This document shows positions 24,581 to 37,947 of a stretch of DNA of 64,000 nt, piece by piece. The notes beneath the pieces were generated by a model. It did no database searches, was not told the DNA's origin, and was given only the letters and a program-made list of their open reading frames with translations. This DNA is from Blasia pusilla (Eukaryota). Both the position numbers and the translations under genes were made by a program. Position 1 is the stretch's first letter. Each line of letters starts with the position of its first letter. The DNA lies in NCBI GenBank assembly GCA_050084515.1, contig CM114271.1:17608001-17672000 (forward strand). Direction: 5' to 3'.

Positions 24581-26404
24581 AACGATTTCTTTCGCACACT
24601 GGATCTCCGACTGCCTGCCCCTCGGATCAAGTTGAATGGTGGCTCGCAGTTTCCTCGTCCAAACGCTCGCCGGACGAGTGAATACCGCAAACCACGCACC
24701 TGAGCAAATAGAAAAAGCATCCAACGCAATTCGTCTTGGTTCCTTCGGCCATGGAGACGAGGACATTCATGGAAGAGAACGCCTTCGCCATGCCATGTAA
24801 CGCACAACGTTGGAAAAGTCTCACGATATTCAACCACAAACCTAATGGCCACGACAGCGCTCGAGAAGCGTAGAACCTCCACCGGTAAGAAGTGACACTC
24901 AACAGCGGTCCAACTACCACCGTCGCATTCACTGAAAGAGTTCATTCGCGAAGATGCGCCACTTCAATCGGGGAACGGCACTCGAGCACAGTTCAACTGC
25001 GGCCGTAGCTGCTCTGCGACACTTCCCAAGTTTCGGTGGGCGAACCAATTTAGAGCAGTTGGGAAAGAGAATAGTAGACTTTGATGTTTCCTTTCGTGCA
25101 ACAACTCAACCGCCGCAGCAGCACAACACTTTCGTAGAGCACATGATGACGAGTACACACGGAATGCTCAATGTGTGCCCCCTTGCTATGAGCGGGATCG
25201 AAGCAGTCCGTTGGCATCCAAGACTCCTTTCACCTCGTGAAGGTAAAAAAACAGCAAGAAAACGTTTCTACAAGCTTTGCTCTCTCATGTAGCAAGAAAA
25301 AGATTTTGTGGGAACATGATCTCTTTTCCGAATTTTTCCCGGGAAAAAAAAGTTCGGGAAAGGATACACAAGATTATCACTTCCATCGTGGCCTTCAGGT
25401 TTTGACTTCCGATGGGTTTTCCATCACTCGTTTTTATCGAAGTGCATCTTTTTGCTTCCATTTAAAAAGGCATCTTTTTGCTTCTTTTGTATATCGTACG
25501 AGTGTTTCGCACACCATGCTCTGAAGAGCTTTCTCGGCAGCTGGTGGAGTATATTAACTAATGACAATTATCATTTTAATTATTCAGAAATTTTGAAAAT
25601 GATTGATATTTTCTTTTCTATGGTCAAGAAAGATAATTCAGCAGATTTTATAAAACTACATAAAGTGGAACGTAGAAATGATCATGCCCCGAAACCGACT
25701 CTAATGAATGACAAGTGGGACAGATGGCCATGATCAAACTCGCCGATCAATAACAACGTAAATAAGTCTCCCGTTGAATACCTTAAAGTGTACATGAGAC
25801 GCCCTATTACACTGAGAGCGCACGGAAGTCCCTTTGACATTACACGGGACTTCCGTGGCCTGTCCCGTGAGTCTTCCCCACCAAAGCGCGACTGTGCGAA
25901 GGTTTCCCGCGTGCGAAGAGCTGTTATCGAATTCGTGGACAGTAGAAATCACGACTTAACAAACTTCATCCTCAAAATATAAAAATATATACCACGATAC
26001 CATGTTCCGTCCGTTTTACGAACTTTTACCCGGACTTTTATGCAGCGACATAAATTTTTTTACACGTGGGAACGCAGTGGTGGGCATACGCATCCTTCTA
26101 TTACACACTTCGCGCTTCTTGGAACGCTGCCAACGTATTTTGACGTGACCAATACCGCCCTTGTGCACGTAATTTCGAGTGCACTGCACTGGTATAAGAA
26201 CCTCAAAATGTACATAAACCAGTACGCCGGTAGAGAACCACACATGTGAGAAGAGATTGTCAATCAGATTGTTTTTCCACCGAAACCGATATCCCATAGC
26301 CGGGAGTGTTTAGGGTTCGTTCGAAGAAAGTGACATGATGCACAATCTCAATAAATATGCATCATGGATTCCAGTCAGAAGAGAAGTAAAAAGGGAGATG
26401 TATC

Positions 26405-26552
26405 CAAAGGCCACATGCCCCCTTTGATTAGATTCACCAACATCATAAATAATATCAGCAATTCCTAATGAATTGTGATTACTACTAAGCGGGCATCTAG
26501 TGCCGACGTCTCCCATAGTCTGAGCCCGTCGCAAAAGCCTTGGGCACGTTGC
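26405..26552 (-). mobile_element. 3' fragment of the same RLE-type LINE family as 11610-12715
   Basis: RRAQTMGDVGTRCPLSSNHNSL aligns with QRAQV.GDAGARGPLSSSHSSL at ~12480-12545. Confidence 0.7.
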
Positions 26553-27357
26553 AAAATTATGGAAACCTATTACCTACCAAGAAACCCCTCATTTCCTACA
26601 AGTGTCTTCCCGACCAGTTTATGGCTTTCGGCCTTTAAACGAAGCGGATATCTTTTACTCTTACCAGCTGCAGTTACTCCTAACCCAATCATTGTTGTGA
26701 ATGGGATCCTAATGGATAGATCATAAAGCACCCTTAATGTTATCTTTGGTGTGCAAATTATGTTATCCATTGTCAATGAAATAGGTGTTCATAAAGGTGA
26801 GGCCATACTCCATGACACACATGACTTAATATTTTAAACAAACAAAAGAAAATTGCCAAGAAAATGGGTTTGCGATTCCGTAGACATATGGAAAATGCCT
26901 TCATTGATTACGCTTGGTTTTCTTTTTCCATCTAACCGATTCCCTTCTCTTCTCTTGGGCATGTTGATAATTATTCTCTTCCCACCTTATTAAACTTATT
27001 AAAGGGTCACACTTTCCATTGTGTTCCAAAATTGAATATTTTTTTATTATAAAAAATTCGGAGACATCTTAAGGGATGTCATGATGAACATTGACATAGC
27101 GTAAATGAAGAAACTATCCACTAATCTACTATTATTGGAAAGTGTTCTATCACTTTGCAAATTCCTCCATCGATGAGATCTTTTTAAATTAATCAAAATG
27201 GCGGCTGAAAATTAATCGTGACAATTTAATCGTGCCATAACTTGTAGGTTTGGGAACATGGATGGATTCCGCGAATGCGTGTTGTGCACGCATATGCAGC
27301 AGAAGACCGAAATGGGAGATAAGGAAGGCTGTGGAAAGCAGCATCAGAGAAGATCTC

Positions 27358-30300
27358 TCAGAGCAGTGAATTGCGTTGGAGGTTCGTTACAGGTCCTCGG
27401 AACCAGTTCCTGGCACTGACGATCCACGATCCGAGAGCGAGAACGAACACGCCGCCGACAGCTACGGGAGTGTAATTGAGAGTGTCGGCCCGAACGGGAT
27501 ACGCAACGGGAAGGCAGAAAAGCACCGTTATGGTGACGACCCACAGGACGGCAATCCAGCCCACGAAGATGCTGAAGCGCCCCAAATCGAGGGGCCCCGG
27601 TTTGAATGTGTCGCGCGCCGTGGTGATCCGGAAGAGGATGGGCAACGCGTACGCGATGTACAGCCCGATCGTCGCGACGGACACCATGGCTTGGAACGCC
27701 ACCAGACTTCCCAATGACTGCACAAGGACTCGCAACGGGCGGTTTCAGATTCTCGTGCACAATCGAAATAAATAAATAAATGACGGCGAATATAGAGAAG
27801 AGATTGGGGCACTTTTCGGAGACTTTTTGTGAGCCTTCCGCTTTCGAAACGATCGGCACACGGAATCGTGCACGCCACAGCTAATTTGACGGCGAGAGAA
27901 GAAGAAAGCTGGGGGCTTCTTACCGTCAGCGCCATGGCGAAGGCCATGACGACAGAGAGCCATACGGCGTTGCGCGGAACTTCTCTCCTGTCTGTCACAT
28001 TCCACAGTCTGGAGAACGGGATCGCACCGTCTCTGGAAAAAGCGAACGCCATCCTGCCAAACGCAACAACGACGCCGCTCACGGTCAGCACTGGCTGCTC
28101 TCGTCTATGGCAGAGCAGCAACACGGGGACTCCCGACAAAGGGACGACTCGGAATCAAGATACCTCGAGTTGCTTGTGACTGAGCTCATGCCGCAGAAAA
28201 AGATGGCAACAGCCACGACACCCAAGCAAAAAATGCCTCCCGTCCCACTACCATATCTGTCCTTGAAAACATCGTAGAAGACTTGGGCTATGGCGTAACC
28301 CTTCGCGTCATTCTCCGGGTCCAGCAGCCGTGATGGGTCCACGACGGCGAAGGTGATGCCTACGAGATAGCCCCAACCGACCACGATCGATATCGCGATG
28401 GAACTCAAGATGCCGTAGGCACCATTCTTGTCTGAGGATTTGGTCTCCTCGGACTGTAAACGCAGCACACAACGCCAGACACGATACTTTCGGTCAGCAA
28501 ATCCATCGATATGCTCAATCTTCCACGACTTGCATCGATGCAGACTGACTGCTCCACGAGAGTAGTAGTAGTAGTAGCTGAGCAATCACAAAGCCAAAGA
28601 AGGGAAAATCTAAGCTTTGGATGCATATGTGGGGCAGATTCACTGGTTGTATATGAGATGCAGTCCAGTGAGAGGGCATCTAACAAAAAATGGGAGAACT
28701 CATTCTTGAGGGATATGAGGGTCCGATCGTACTTACCATGTGAGCGGATGCATCGTAACCACTCAACGTGTACTGACTCATCAATAAACCCAACAGGAAG
28801 ATGTATGATTCGCTCTGGATGCCGGCACCGTTGTCTCTGTTGAAGGACGAAAAAACGGAGCTTACAGTTTGCCTTTCAGTGGCGACCATGGGGATCAACA
28901 TCATCAGGACAAACACACCTGCCAAAAGATTTCAAGCCGTGGCTATCCCATGTGTCAAAACACGTCTTCTTCGTTGGCCAACTCCATCGACCTTCTCAGT
29001 CCATGGGGTTGTGGGTTTGTTCTTATAGCTATCGAGAATTGTAATAAGCCATCGCAGATGATGATGATTTCAGCATGCCCTCAAATAGTGCACAAGGTCA
29101 TGCAAAAATCATGAAACTAGAAATGGATAACACAGAACCACAATTTTATATACCTACAGGGTGAAGAAAACGTACCAAATATATTCCAAAATGCTGCGAG
29201 GGTTCCCAAGTAAGCCAGAATGTGAATAGACATGCTGTTCATGAGGCCATGAACAACTAAGATCCCAGCATGAAATGCTATCACGACATACTTGGACGCG
29301 AAATATCCACCACCATTTCCGCCTCCAGTAGCTAGCAAAATAATGACTTGCATCAGAGTGGCCAATGAAAAGTCGATACTTGTTGTCACGGCCCACTGCA
29401 TCACAGAAATGCACATGGACGTTTCTTCTCCTGATCAGTGTAGTTCGAATATTCCTCCCACGTTATGGCTTCGAAGATGAGTATCTACTTCATCCAATTC
29501 AAGGTGCGAAGCAGACTGAACGTCCTAACTCGTCACGTCAAGCAGAGTGGTGTTTTTCAGTCGTGCCAATATATCTTGAGCTAACTTGAGGATGTTTAGG
29601 TGCTGACTTCGGAAATTTAAAGCAGAAGCACGACTCTGAAGTGGAGCACAACCAAACGTGGGTATCCCAAACCAAACTGAACCTTCAAAACAAAGACTTT
29701 GGAATTGATCTAGAGCAAGGAAGATGCGTGACGGACCTGGCCAACCAAGTTGTACCTGCAGCGGTCAGACACACTCACATGTTTTAGTACTTTCTTCCAG
29801 AGGAGAATTCCAGCTCGTTATGAACTCAAAGTGCAGTAGAGTAGAGTTCCAAAGCATAGTCTATCATGGAGAGAGGAAGACAAAACGCCAGATAAGATTG
29901 GTCATGCCTGGAGACTTGACCAATCTTAGGAGGCTTACTAGTACACTATCATTCGAGGCGACAGAACATCCACACCATGACATTCAAGAGACGACTGACC
30001 AGCCAGTCATCCATGATGCGAAGGGCCCCCATGAAGGCCCTGCCAGTTTGTAACTCCAGTAGTAAAGACCACCAGAAGTGGGGTATGCAGAGCATATCTC
30101 AGCCATGGACAGACCCACAAACATGTTGAAGAATCCTGTGATGAGCCATCCGTAAGTCATCGATATAGGTCCACCATATCGAAGTCCAGTGTTGTAAAGA
30201 GTGGTGATGCCTGTCAGTATCGAGATGATTGCGAAGGAGAAGGCAAAATTGGAAATCAGTCTGCAGACATCCAAAGAACAAGTCGTCAAAAGAGAGAGCA

Positions 30301-30670
30301 CCCAACATCTCTAGCCAATAAGCACAGCTTCGAAGAGGCTAGAAGAGGACCAAAACAACTGAACACGACGCGTAAAAATGACTTCAGACAGATCAATCCA
30401 GCCAGAAAAGCTGACTGTAGATCAGAACCAAGACTGCTACAAAATGGGGAGAAGTCCTCGCAATTCGTGGTGGAGCTTTGACACAGTTGGGCCGATTTTT
30501 GCGCTTAAAAAGAAGACGACAAAAAATGAAGAAAGAAAGAAAGAAGAGCGGTGCAATTGCATTGCAGTGCAGACAAGAGACAGCACTCACGAGAGATCCC
30601 GCTTCAGCTCTTGCTTGTAGCCCAGGGCTTCCAAGCGCACCTGCCCTGTGTCCTTATCCCCCGCCCCCAT
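27358..30670 (-). CDS. BAT1: APC-family amino-acid/GABA permease, BAT1-like (multi-exon; span given)
   Basis: MGAGDKDTGQVRLEALGYKQELKRDLS, ISNFAFSFAIISILTG, SMAEICSAYPTSGGLYYW, GYDASAHM, SEET, TSNSRMAFAFSRDGAIP, LNYTPVAVG, SARNWFRGP. Introns have GT-AG borders. Confidence 0.93.
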
Positions 30671-31745
30671 GACTGAATCCTCCTTCTCCCAACCGATTGC
30701 ACCTCCCAGAATACTCGGCAATTTATATCCGTCCCCACTCCACCCCACCCCACCATGGCCACCCCTTCCCCGTCATTTTGCTCTGAGACTCCGGACTGGT
30801 TTCCTCCTAATCCGGATGTCCCAGTCTCACGGAGCTCCAGGTATTGAAGTGGTCAGTCGTTTCAAATTTCCAGCTTCTTCTTCCGTGCGCCTGCAGCCCG
30901 GGATCGCGCAGCTCACGTCGCGAGGTTCAAATCTCCACTCTCCAAGATTCGACTCAAAAAGATCTGACAGCAGTCGGCGGTTAGGTGGAGAGACAATTAG
31001 GTAATGGGATTCTCTCCGTCCGGATTTAATAATAACCTCAATTCCTGGGAAGAATCAAAATTTCTCCAGGTCAACTCCCTCCGCTCCTCTAGCCAAACGT
31101 TCGCGTTTCGTCTGATCCCAGGGCTGTGGTAGTGGGACGAACTGCAAGAGTACAGGGCTCGATGAGATTCAAGTAAGCCCGAACTGACTGCCAGACATCG
31201 GAGATGCTCCAATGCAGACTGCCGAATTCCATCGTGCTGGCTGGCTGGCTGAAGGCGAACGACGCAGATTCTTGCCTGCGATCCCCAACATGAGGCGTGC
31301 AGCGATCGCGGATTGAGAGTCTGTCCCCGACTCTCGAGGCTGCCCGATCCCGCCGGCGCTCTGCTCGAGAAACATTCCAGGACCGTCCATGATCTCACGG
31401 TTCATTCATTCACTCCTCGGCCCATCCCCTCTGTCTTCTTCATCATCATCTCACCCTGTTCCTCGTCGTTCTCACGCGCGCAAGAGAGGGGACTACAGAT
31501 CCTCGCCCATCACGCGTTCGACCTTCAATTCGAGCGGGCGAAGAAGACGCACTTTGAGCGTTCTGATACGATTTCCTCTAGTCGCCATGTTTCACACTCG
31601 TCTGCATGCACGCCCGACTATCGCGGGAATAACAAATTTCTCGTTACCGGGACCAATAATCATGCTTTTTCTCGATCCGAGAGACGGAATTATATCCATG
31701 TTATAATAATAAATATGTAAATTGGGCCATCCTTTCTTAGTATAA

Positions 31746-31991
31746 TCTATATATATACATATATATAAGTCATGAATCTTGTCATTATGGACGGAAAATT
31801 AGTTTCTAAATCCTCCCTTCTAAATTTGCTAAAACACCATTTTAGTTCTTTTTTTCATCTATATTATAATTGGAGAGTATTTTTTTTATTTGCAAACATC
31901 TATGTGTTTGACATGTGACAACAAGAAATAAAAATTTGTGTGCAACATCATTAGTCTTTCACTCTCGTGCATGGTGCGGGCTACCCACTAG
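31746..31991 (+). mobile_element. Small non-autonomous Helitron (about 246 bp)
   Basis: 5' A|TCTATATATATAC and 3' hairpin CTCGTGCATGGTGCGGG followed by CTAG|T, inserted between A and T. AT-rich body. Confidence 0.7.
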
Positions 31992-31999
31992 TTTTTAAG

Positions 32000-33040
32000 A
32001 TGGATAAGTGGGGGATCACCCAACACTCCCACACATCAAAGGTACCAACATATATGGTCTCACTACGCATCCTCTCTCAAGGCTTGGTGGATGTACCAAT
32101 CTATACTATGTTGCACCAATTCACATAGGCCCACCACCATGTCACGTCACTCTGCGCTACTTGCACAACATGATCCTTCATGACCATACCACTATTCATT
32201 ACTTGTTGGTCCTTCCATATGTTATGAGCCTAACTCATCCCTAGACGGTATGATGCAGTGGTTGCACACCACTTACACTACCAATCACACGCACGACAAT
32301 ATAATTGCTATGGCCACCACCAATAGAGTGTCCATCCCTCCCAACGTGAACTCCATAGAATATAAAACCCCACGGCCAACCAGAACATCATACGATTCAA
32401 CTATGGTCACCATCTGCTTATCAATAGGGTGCTCTAGTTGTTCGAACTACCAAGGGCCTTTGATGGTGAAAAACACACCTCTCCAACTCCAACCGACGCA
32501 ATTCCAAACCTAGAATTATTGCTCAACCAAAGGTCAAGTGTTATGCTCCAAAGTCAAGGAGCATTCATTCCAATCGATACACCACACTAGATGGCCCAAC
32601 CATAGGAAAACATACCATTGGTCTTATCCACGTTCCAACAAGACAACACTAGGTGTAACTAGTGAATACTTAATTTTTGGCTACATAGGCAACTCCTCTA
32701 TCAGAGTTTTTTCCGAACAACTCCACACTCGTCTCCCCACTAAGAGACCATCCCACATCCTATACAAAATGAGAACACGACACAAGCATGCCACAACTCT
32801 CACTCACTATGGCTACCAATCTAAAATTTTCAATAGATCCACATGCCCCAAACCTTGCAAAATCCGTGGCCAGAAACAAAGGCACACAACATATTAGTAT
32901 TGATACCCCCAAAAATATACGTGAATCGAGCTCTCAAAGTCCAAACTACCCACTAGAGAACCTACCAAACCACAAGATAAACAAGATTCCCAACCGAGAA
33001 CCATACTCACTCGACTAGGATCCATCAATGGGATCCTCAC
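32000..33040 (-). mobile_element. Old, degenerate relative of the family A/B Gypsy elements (gag-protease region); continues at ~37950-38400
   Basis: GGATCCATCAATGGGATCCTCAC near 33018-33040 resembles 4322-4343. Residual protease-region similarity. Confidence 0.45.
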
Positions 33041-36000
33041 TCTTGAAGACTAAATTATAGTCAAGTTGATCGGACATACAAACTGCAAAATTTGGTACTC
33101 ATACAAAGTATTAAAGTTGAATCTTTGTTAAATAGTTAAATACGATTATCTTCAGTAGGATTAGTCAACCACAGTTACTCCATACTAGGGTTGAGACAAG
33201 GATTAGGATTGCTTGTACATACCCTATATAATTGAGAAGAGGACCAATTGTCACTCATTGTCTCATTGCAAAATTTTGTCATGAGTTTTGCTTGTTTAGC
33301 AATTTTCTATATGATATGAGAGCAATAAGAGAACATCAATTGAAATTCTTGACATTTAAGGAGATAAGAGAGGCAAGATAAGGCACATTGTCAATTTGGA
33401 AAAAGGAAATTTCAATTAGAGAAATTTCAATTAATGAAAGAAAGTTATGATGTTTGCTCTGTATGTGCCAATTTTGACTAGTGCTTCCATATATTTAGTC
33501 TATTTTGGAAATTTTAATATCAATTTCTGCATAGGAATGATCTATGGATCAATTGGAGTAGTGGAAAGCCTGATATAATATTTTTTTGAGTAAAATTGCA
33601 ACAAATTATTCCTCAACAATAATTACAAGCGAGAAGCTAGATAAGCAAAATTACAATGTCAAGAAATTTTGCATGAAGCAATTTCTCATGGATCAAGAAC
33701 TCAGGGAGCTTAGTATATGTAATGAGACCAAACGAGAAGGTTACTGAAGAGACTGAATATGTGCGCCCAAAACAAACGCGCAAGGCAATCAATTTGCCAA
33801 TGATTGGTTACATTCAAGATATTGATATTTCGAAGGAGACGTGGGATGCATTGGAGAAGTTGTTCCAAACATCTACGAAGGCAAAGAGCTTCAATGGAAA
33901 AAAAAATTGAACGAATTGAGGAATAGATCGCAAAGCATCAATAACTCTTTTTTGAATATTAGACATATTTTTCATCTATTGAATAGCCTTGGAGTGTCTG
34001 TAGAAGATAATGGTCTACTTTGTTCACTCTCTAAGGCCTTCCAAAAGATTACAAGTCTTTTGAGACCTTTATCTTTGTGTGTTATTCGCATGCATTGGAT
34101 CAAACAAAGGCAGAGATCGTGATAAGAGCTTCCATGGTCGTGATAGATATCAAGCACATGGAGGAAGAGTCACTCAATATAACTTCACTTGGTCAATTGT
34201 GAACCAATACCAAAATAAGGATGTGGTGATGTTGGAAACCGTTGGAGTCGAGACCTGTAGTAGAGGATCCCGAGATCTTGCAATTCGTGTGGAATAAAAG
34301 GTCATTATGTAGAGTTTTACTTCAAGAAGAAGGCAGATATGAGAAAGGGAGCTTTACAACAATAAAACTATGTGGAGCAAAAAGATAAAGTGTAGTATCA
34401 AGAACAATAACATTGGTTATGATGAAACATAACCTTTTGGTTACGATTCATTATATAGGAGCAATAGTGAAGAAGGACTTGACAACATATTGATATATCG
34501 ACTCCTGTGCATTAAATCTCATGACCTCACAAGCTTCATGGTTCATTACTATAGAGTCTATGAAAGATCCTATAATAGTGCTCATAGGAGATGGTACTCA
34601 ATATTATCAACATCATATCACGCATATCCATAAAGTCCCAATAGCATTAAATGGTCTTTGTGCTCTTGGAAATATTCTCTATGTTCCTACCATTACAAGA
34701 AATTTGATTTCTCTAAGACAGATAGTAGAACAGGATTATCAGATGAGGTTGAATATAGATGATTATTTCATTGAAACAATGGATGATGAGACTATGATAG
34801 CCAAAGGAACAAGATCTGACAGAATGTTTAAATGAGATGTTTCTATGTCAGAGATTTAAAAAATAATGCATAGTCAAATTGGCCAACAAGTCACATATTT
34901 CAATGTGTGGCATAAGAGAACGGGACACATAAATCTTCAAAAATTATAAAGTCTTTCATCATCTAATCTAGTAATAAGACTTCCTAAATTATCAAGTCCT
35001 TCTATATTAGAGGAATGCCTTGCTTGCCAATTTGGAAAATAAGCTAGATTTCCATTTCCAAAGTAAGGTAGAAAAGCATCCAAGATATTGGAGCTCATTC
35101 ACAGTGATGTGTAGACAACATCACAACATAGCCTTAGTAGTTTTCAGTACTTTGTTTTATTCATTGATGATTTCTCTAAGTATATATGAGTATACTTTAT
35201 GAAAGCCAAGTTAGAAGTATTCTCAATTTTTCTAACATTCAGAATTCTGGAATAAAGCTGATAGGACAACACATTCTCAAATTATGTTGTGATGAAGGAG
35301 ATGAATACCTTTCAACAAAGTTTGATTACTACATACGTCAAAATGGCATCCAATGACAAATGACTTGACGTTACACTCTACAACAAAATAGAGTGGTTGA
35401 GCGAAATAATCGACGTATTGTAGAGGTGGCACGTGTATTAAATAAGAAGAGCATACTTGAGGTGTATTTGGCAGAGACTGTAGCGTGCGCAATCTTTTAA
35501 TCAATTGAACTCCAACAACTTGAATCAAATAATAATACAATAAGACTCCATTCGAAGTCTTCACATGAAGTAAACGTGATTTTCTATTCTTGAAAAATTT
35601 TCATGTTCCTTCTAAAAAACGTCAGAAAATTAGATCCCAAATTTGAGAGATGTCTCTTTATTGGCTATAGTGATGGAACTAAGGAGAATAAGTACTATAT
35701 TCCATCCTCTATGCAACTTATTATTAGTCCCAAAGTTATTTTGGATAAGCTCAAGTGATGGTTTGCTCCATCTAAGCCTATTGCACCTCTAAACTTGTCT
35801 ATTGAGGGAGATAATACGACTATAATCCAATAAAAATTGCCTAAAAACTCCCCAAGTACTAGTGCACAGTTAGGAAAGGTCTTACAATCTTCAATTAAAT
35901 GAGTCAATCCATGGTCAGAAAGAGTACGCATTAGTCTGTTGACACTAGTCAGAGCTCAAGTCAGATCTCCGAGGCATCCATCTCTGAACAACAACTTCAT

Positions 36001-37947
36001 AGATCAAGTATCCTCATACATCCTATTCATAGATTCATAAATGAAGGATTCCTTGCAATATATCTTGAGTATATGATGATTGTTCTTCAAGAACACGAAC
36101 TGAGTTATTTTGAAGAACTTGCATGTAAGGTCAAATGGATTGAACCTATGGAGGAAAATAATTTTGTTGCATTAAGATATCAAAAGATTTGGGAGCTCGT
36201 TGTTATACCTTACGATAAGGAAGTTATTGGTTGCAAATGGGTTTATAAATTCAAGCGTAATCAAGATAGTATAATGAACTGATACAAAGCTATATTGATA
36301 ATCAAGGTCTATGTACAACAATATGGCATAGATTATAAGGAGATATTTAGCCATGTTCCAAAGATGGCGACTACGAGAATAGTGGCTATAGTTGCAATAA
36401 GTAAGAAGTGGAGATTACATCTCATGGACGTCAGTAATCTTTTCTTGAATGGAAATTTGCATGAGGTTGTATACATGGCTCAACCACTTGGATATGAGCA
36501 TCCAAAGTTTTCATTTCGCATATGCAAGTTAAAGAAGGCTCTATATGGGCTCAAGCAAGCCCCAAGAGCTTGGTATTCCACGATTACATATATCCTACCA
36601 AAACTTGGCTTTAGAGTTTGTCATTCTAATTCCTCATTATATATCTTGAGAGGACAAGGCCATACGATTATCATTGTTTTGTATGTTCATGAATTCTTGA
36701 TTATTGGGAGTACATAGGATATGGCACAATAAGTCAAGCTAAAACTTACAAGAAGAATTTGAAATGAAGAACTTATGAGAACTCAAGTACTTCCTTGGAG
36801 TTAAGTTTATTAGAGTTGGATAGAGCATGTGGTTGTTACAGCAACAATATGCTCTTCACATGCTTTCAAAATAATTGCTTGTAAGCCAATCTGTACGGAC
36901 CATAATGTGAAGCTAAGATTGTATGAGGGAGAGTTTCTTGCATATTCTAATATGTACAAGCTTATGGTTGGAAGTTTGATCTATCTGACTATTACTTGTT
37001 TGAACTTAAGCTACATAATTGGCCCAGTGAGCTAGTTCATGCAAACACCTCGGAAACCTCACCTTGATGTTGTTAAGAGGATTATGCCTTATGTGAAATT
37101 CTTTGTTCAATTTGGGCTTCAATTTGAACTTTTTCCGAGTTTACAATTATGAGGATTCATAAGTATTGATTGGGCAAGAAGAGTGTCAGATAGACACTCT
37201 ACATCTAGTTATTCCTTCATCTTGGGAAGCATAGTTATAAGTTGGGTCTCAAAGAAGCAGCCTACAATTATTTTATCTTCAATAGAGGTTGATTATAAAG
37301 GAGCAACCAATATAGTATGTAAGGAAGGCGGTGTGGCTTCATAAATTACTTTTTCAGATTGAGGTTAGTAACTTAGGACCTAGTGTAATATATGTAGACA
37401 ACATGAGTAACGGCAAGCTTGCTAATAGCATTGTGTTTCATGCTCAAACAAAGCATGTTGAGGTGCACTACCACTTTATCAAAGAGAAAGTACTTGCACG
37501 AGAAATTGATATTGTGTATGAAGGTATAGATCAAAAAATTGTTGATATCTTCACAAATTCATTGTCTAGAGAAAAGTTTGAGATGTTAAGAAAGGATTTA
37601 GTTGTTAGAGATATCGATATGAGCTTGAGGGGAAGTATTGAAGATTAGTTATAGTCAAACTCATCGGACACATGAACTACTATATTTGGTACTCATACAA
37701 AATAGGAAAGTTTAATTTTGGTTAGTTAGTTAAGCATAATTATCTTAACTAGGGTTAGTTAACAATATTTTGTATAACTCGAGACTATGGTCGAGATTAC
37801 GGTTAGGGTTTCTTGTACGTACCTTATATAATTGAGAAGAGGATTAGCCTCCACTAATTCTCTCATTGCAAAATTTCATTTTATATGGTGGTGTGTGAGT
37901 GTAAGAGTTGTATCCCATCTGTTATGCTTGTTTAGCAATTTCCTATT
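33041..37947 (+). mobile_element. Full-length but degenerate Ty1/Copia LTR retrotransposon
   Basis: LTRs at ~33041-33309 and ~37636-37947. Decayed tRNA-iMet PBS TGATATGAGAGC at 33312-33323. Gag, protease (YIDS), integrase, RT (IGCKWVYK, LHLMDVSNLFLNG, LKKALYGLKQAPRAW) and RNaseH (TKHVEVHYHFIKE) motifs. PPT GAGGGGAAG. Possible TSD CTCAC/TTCAC. Confidence 0.9.
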
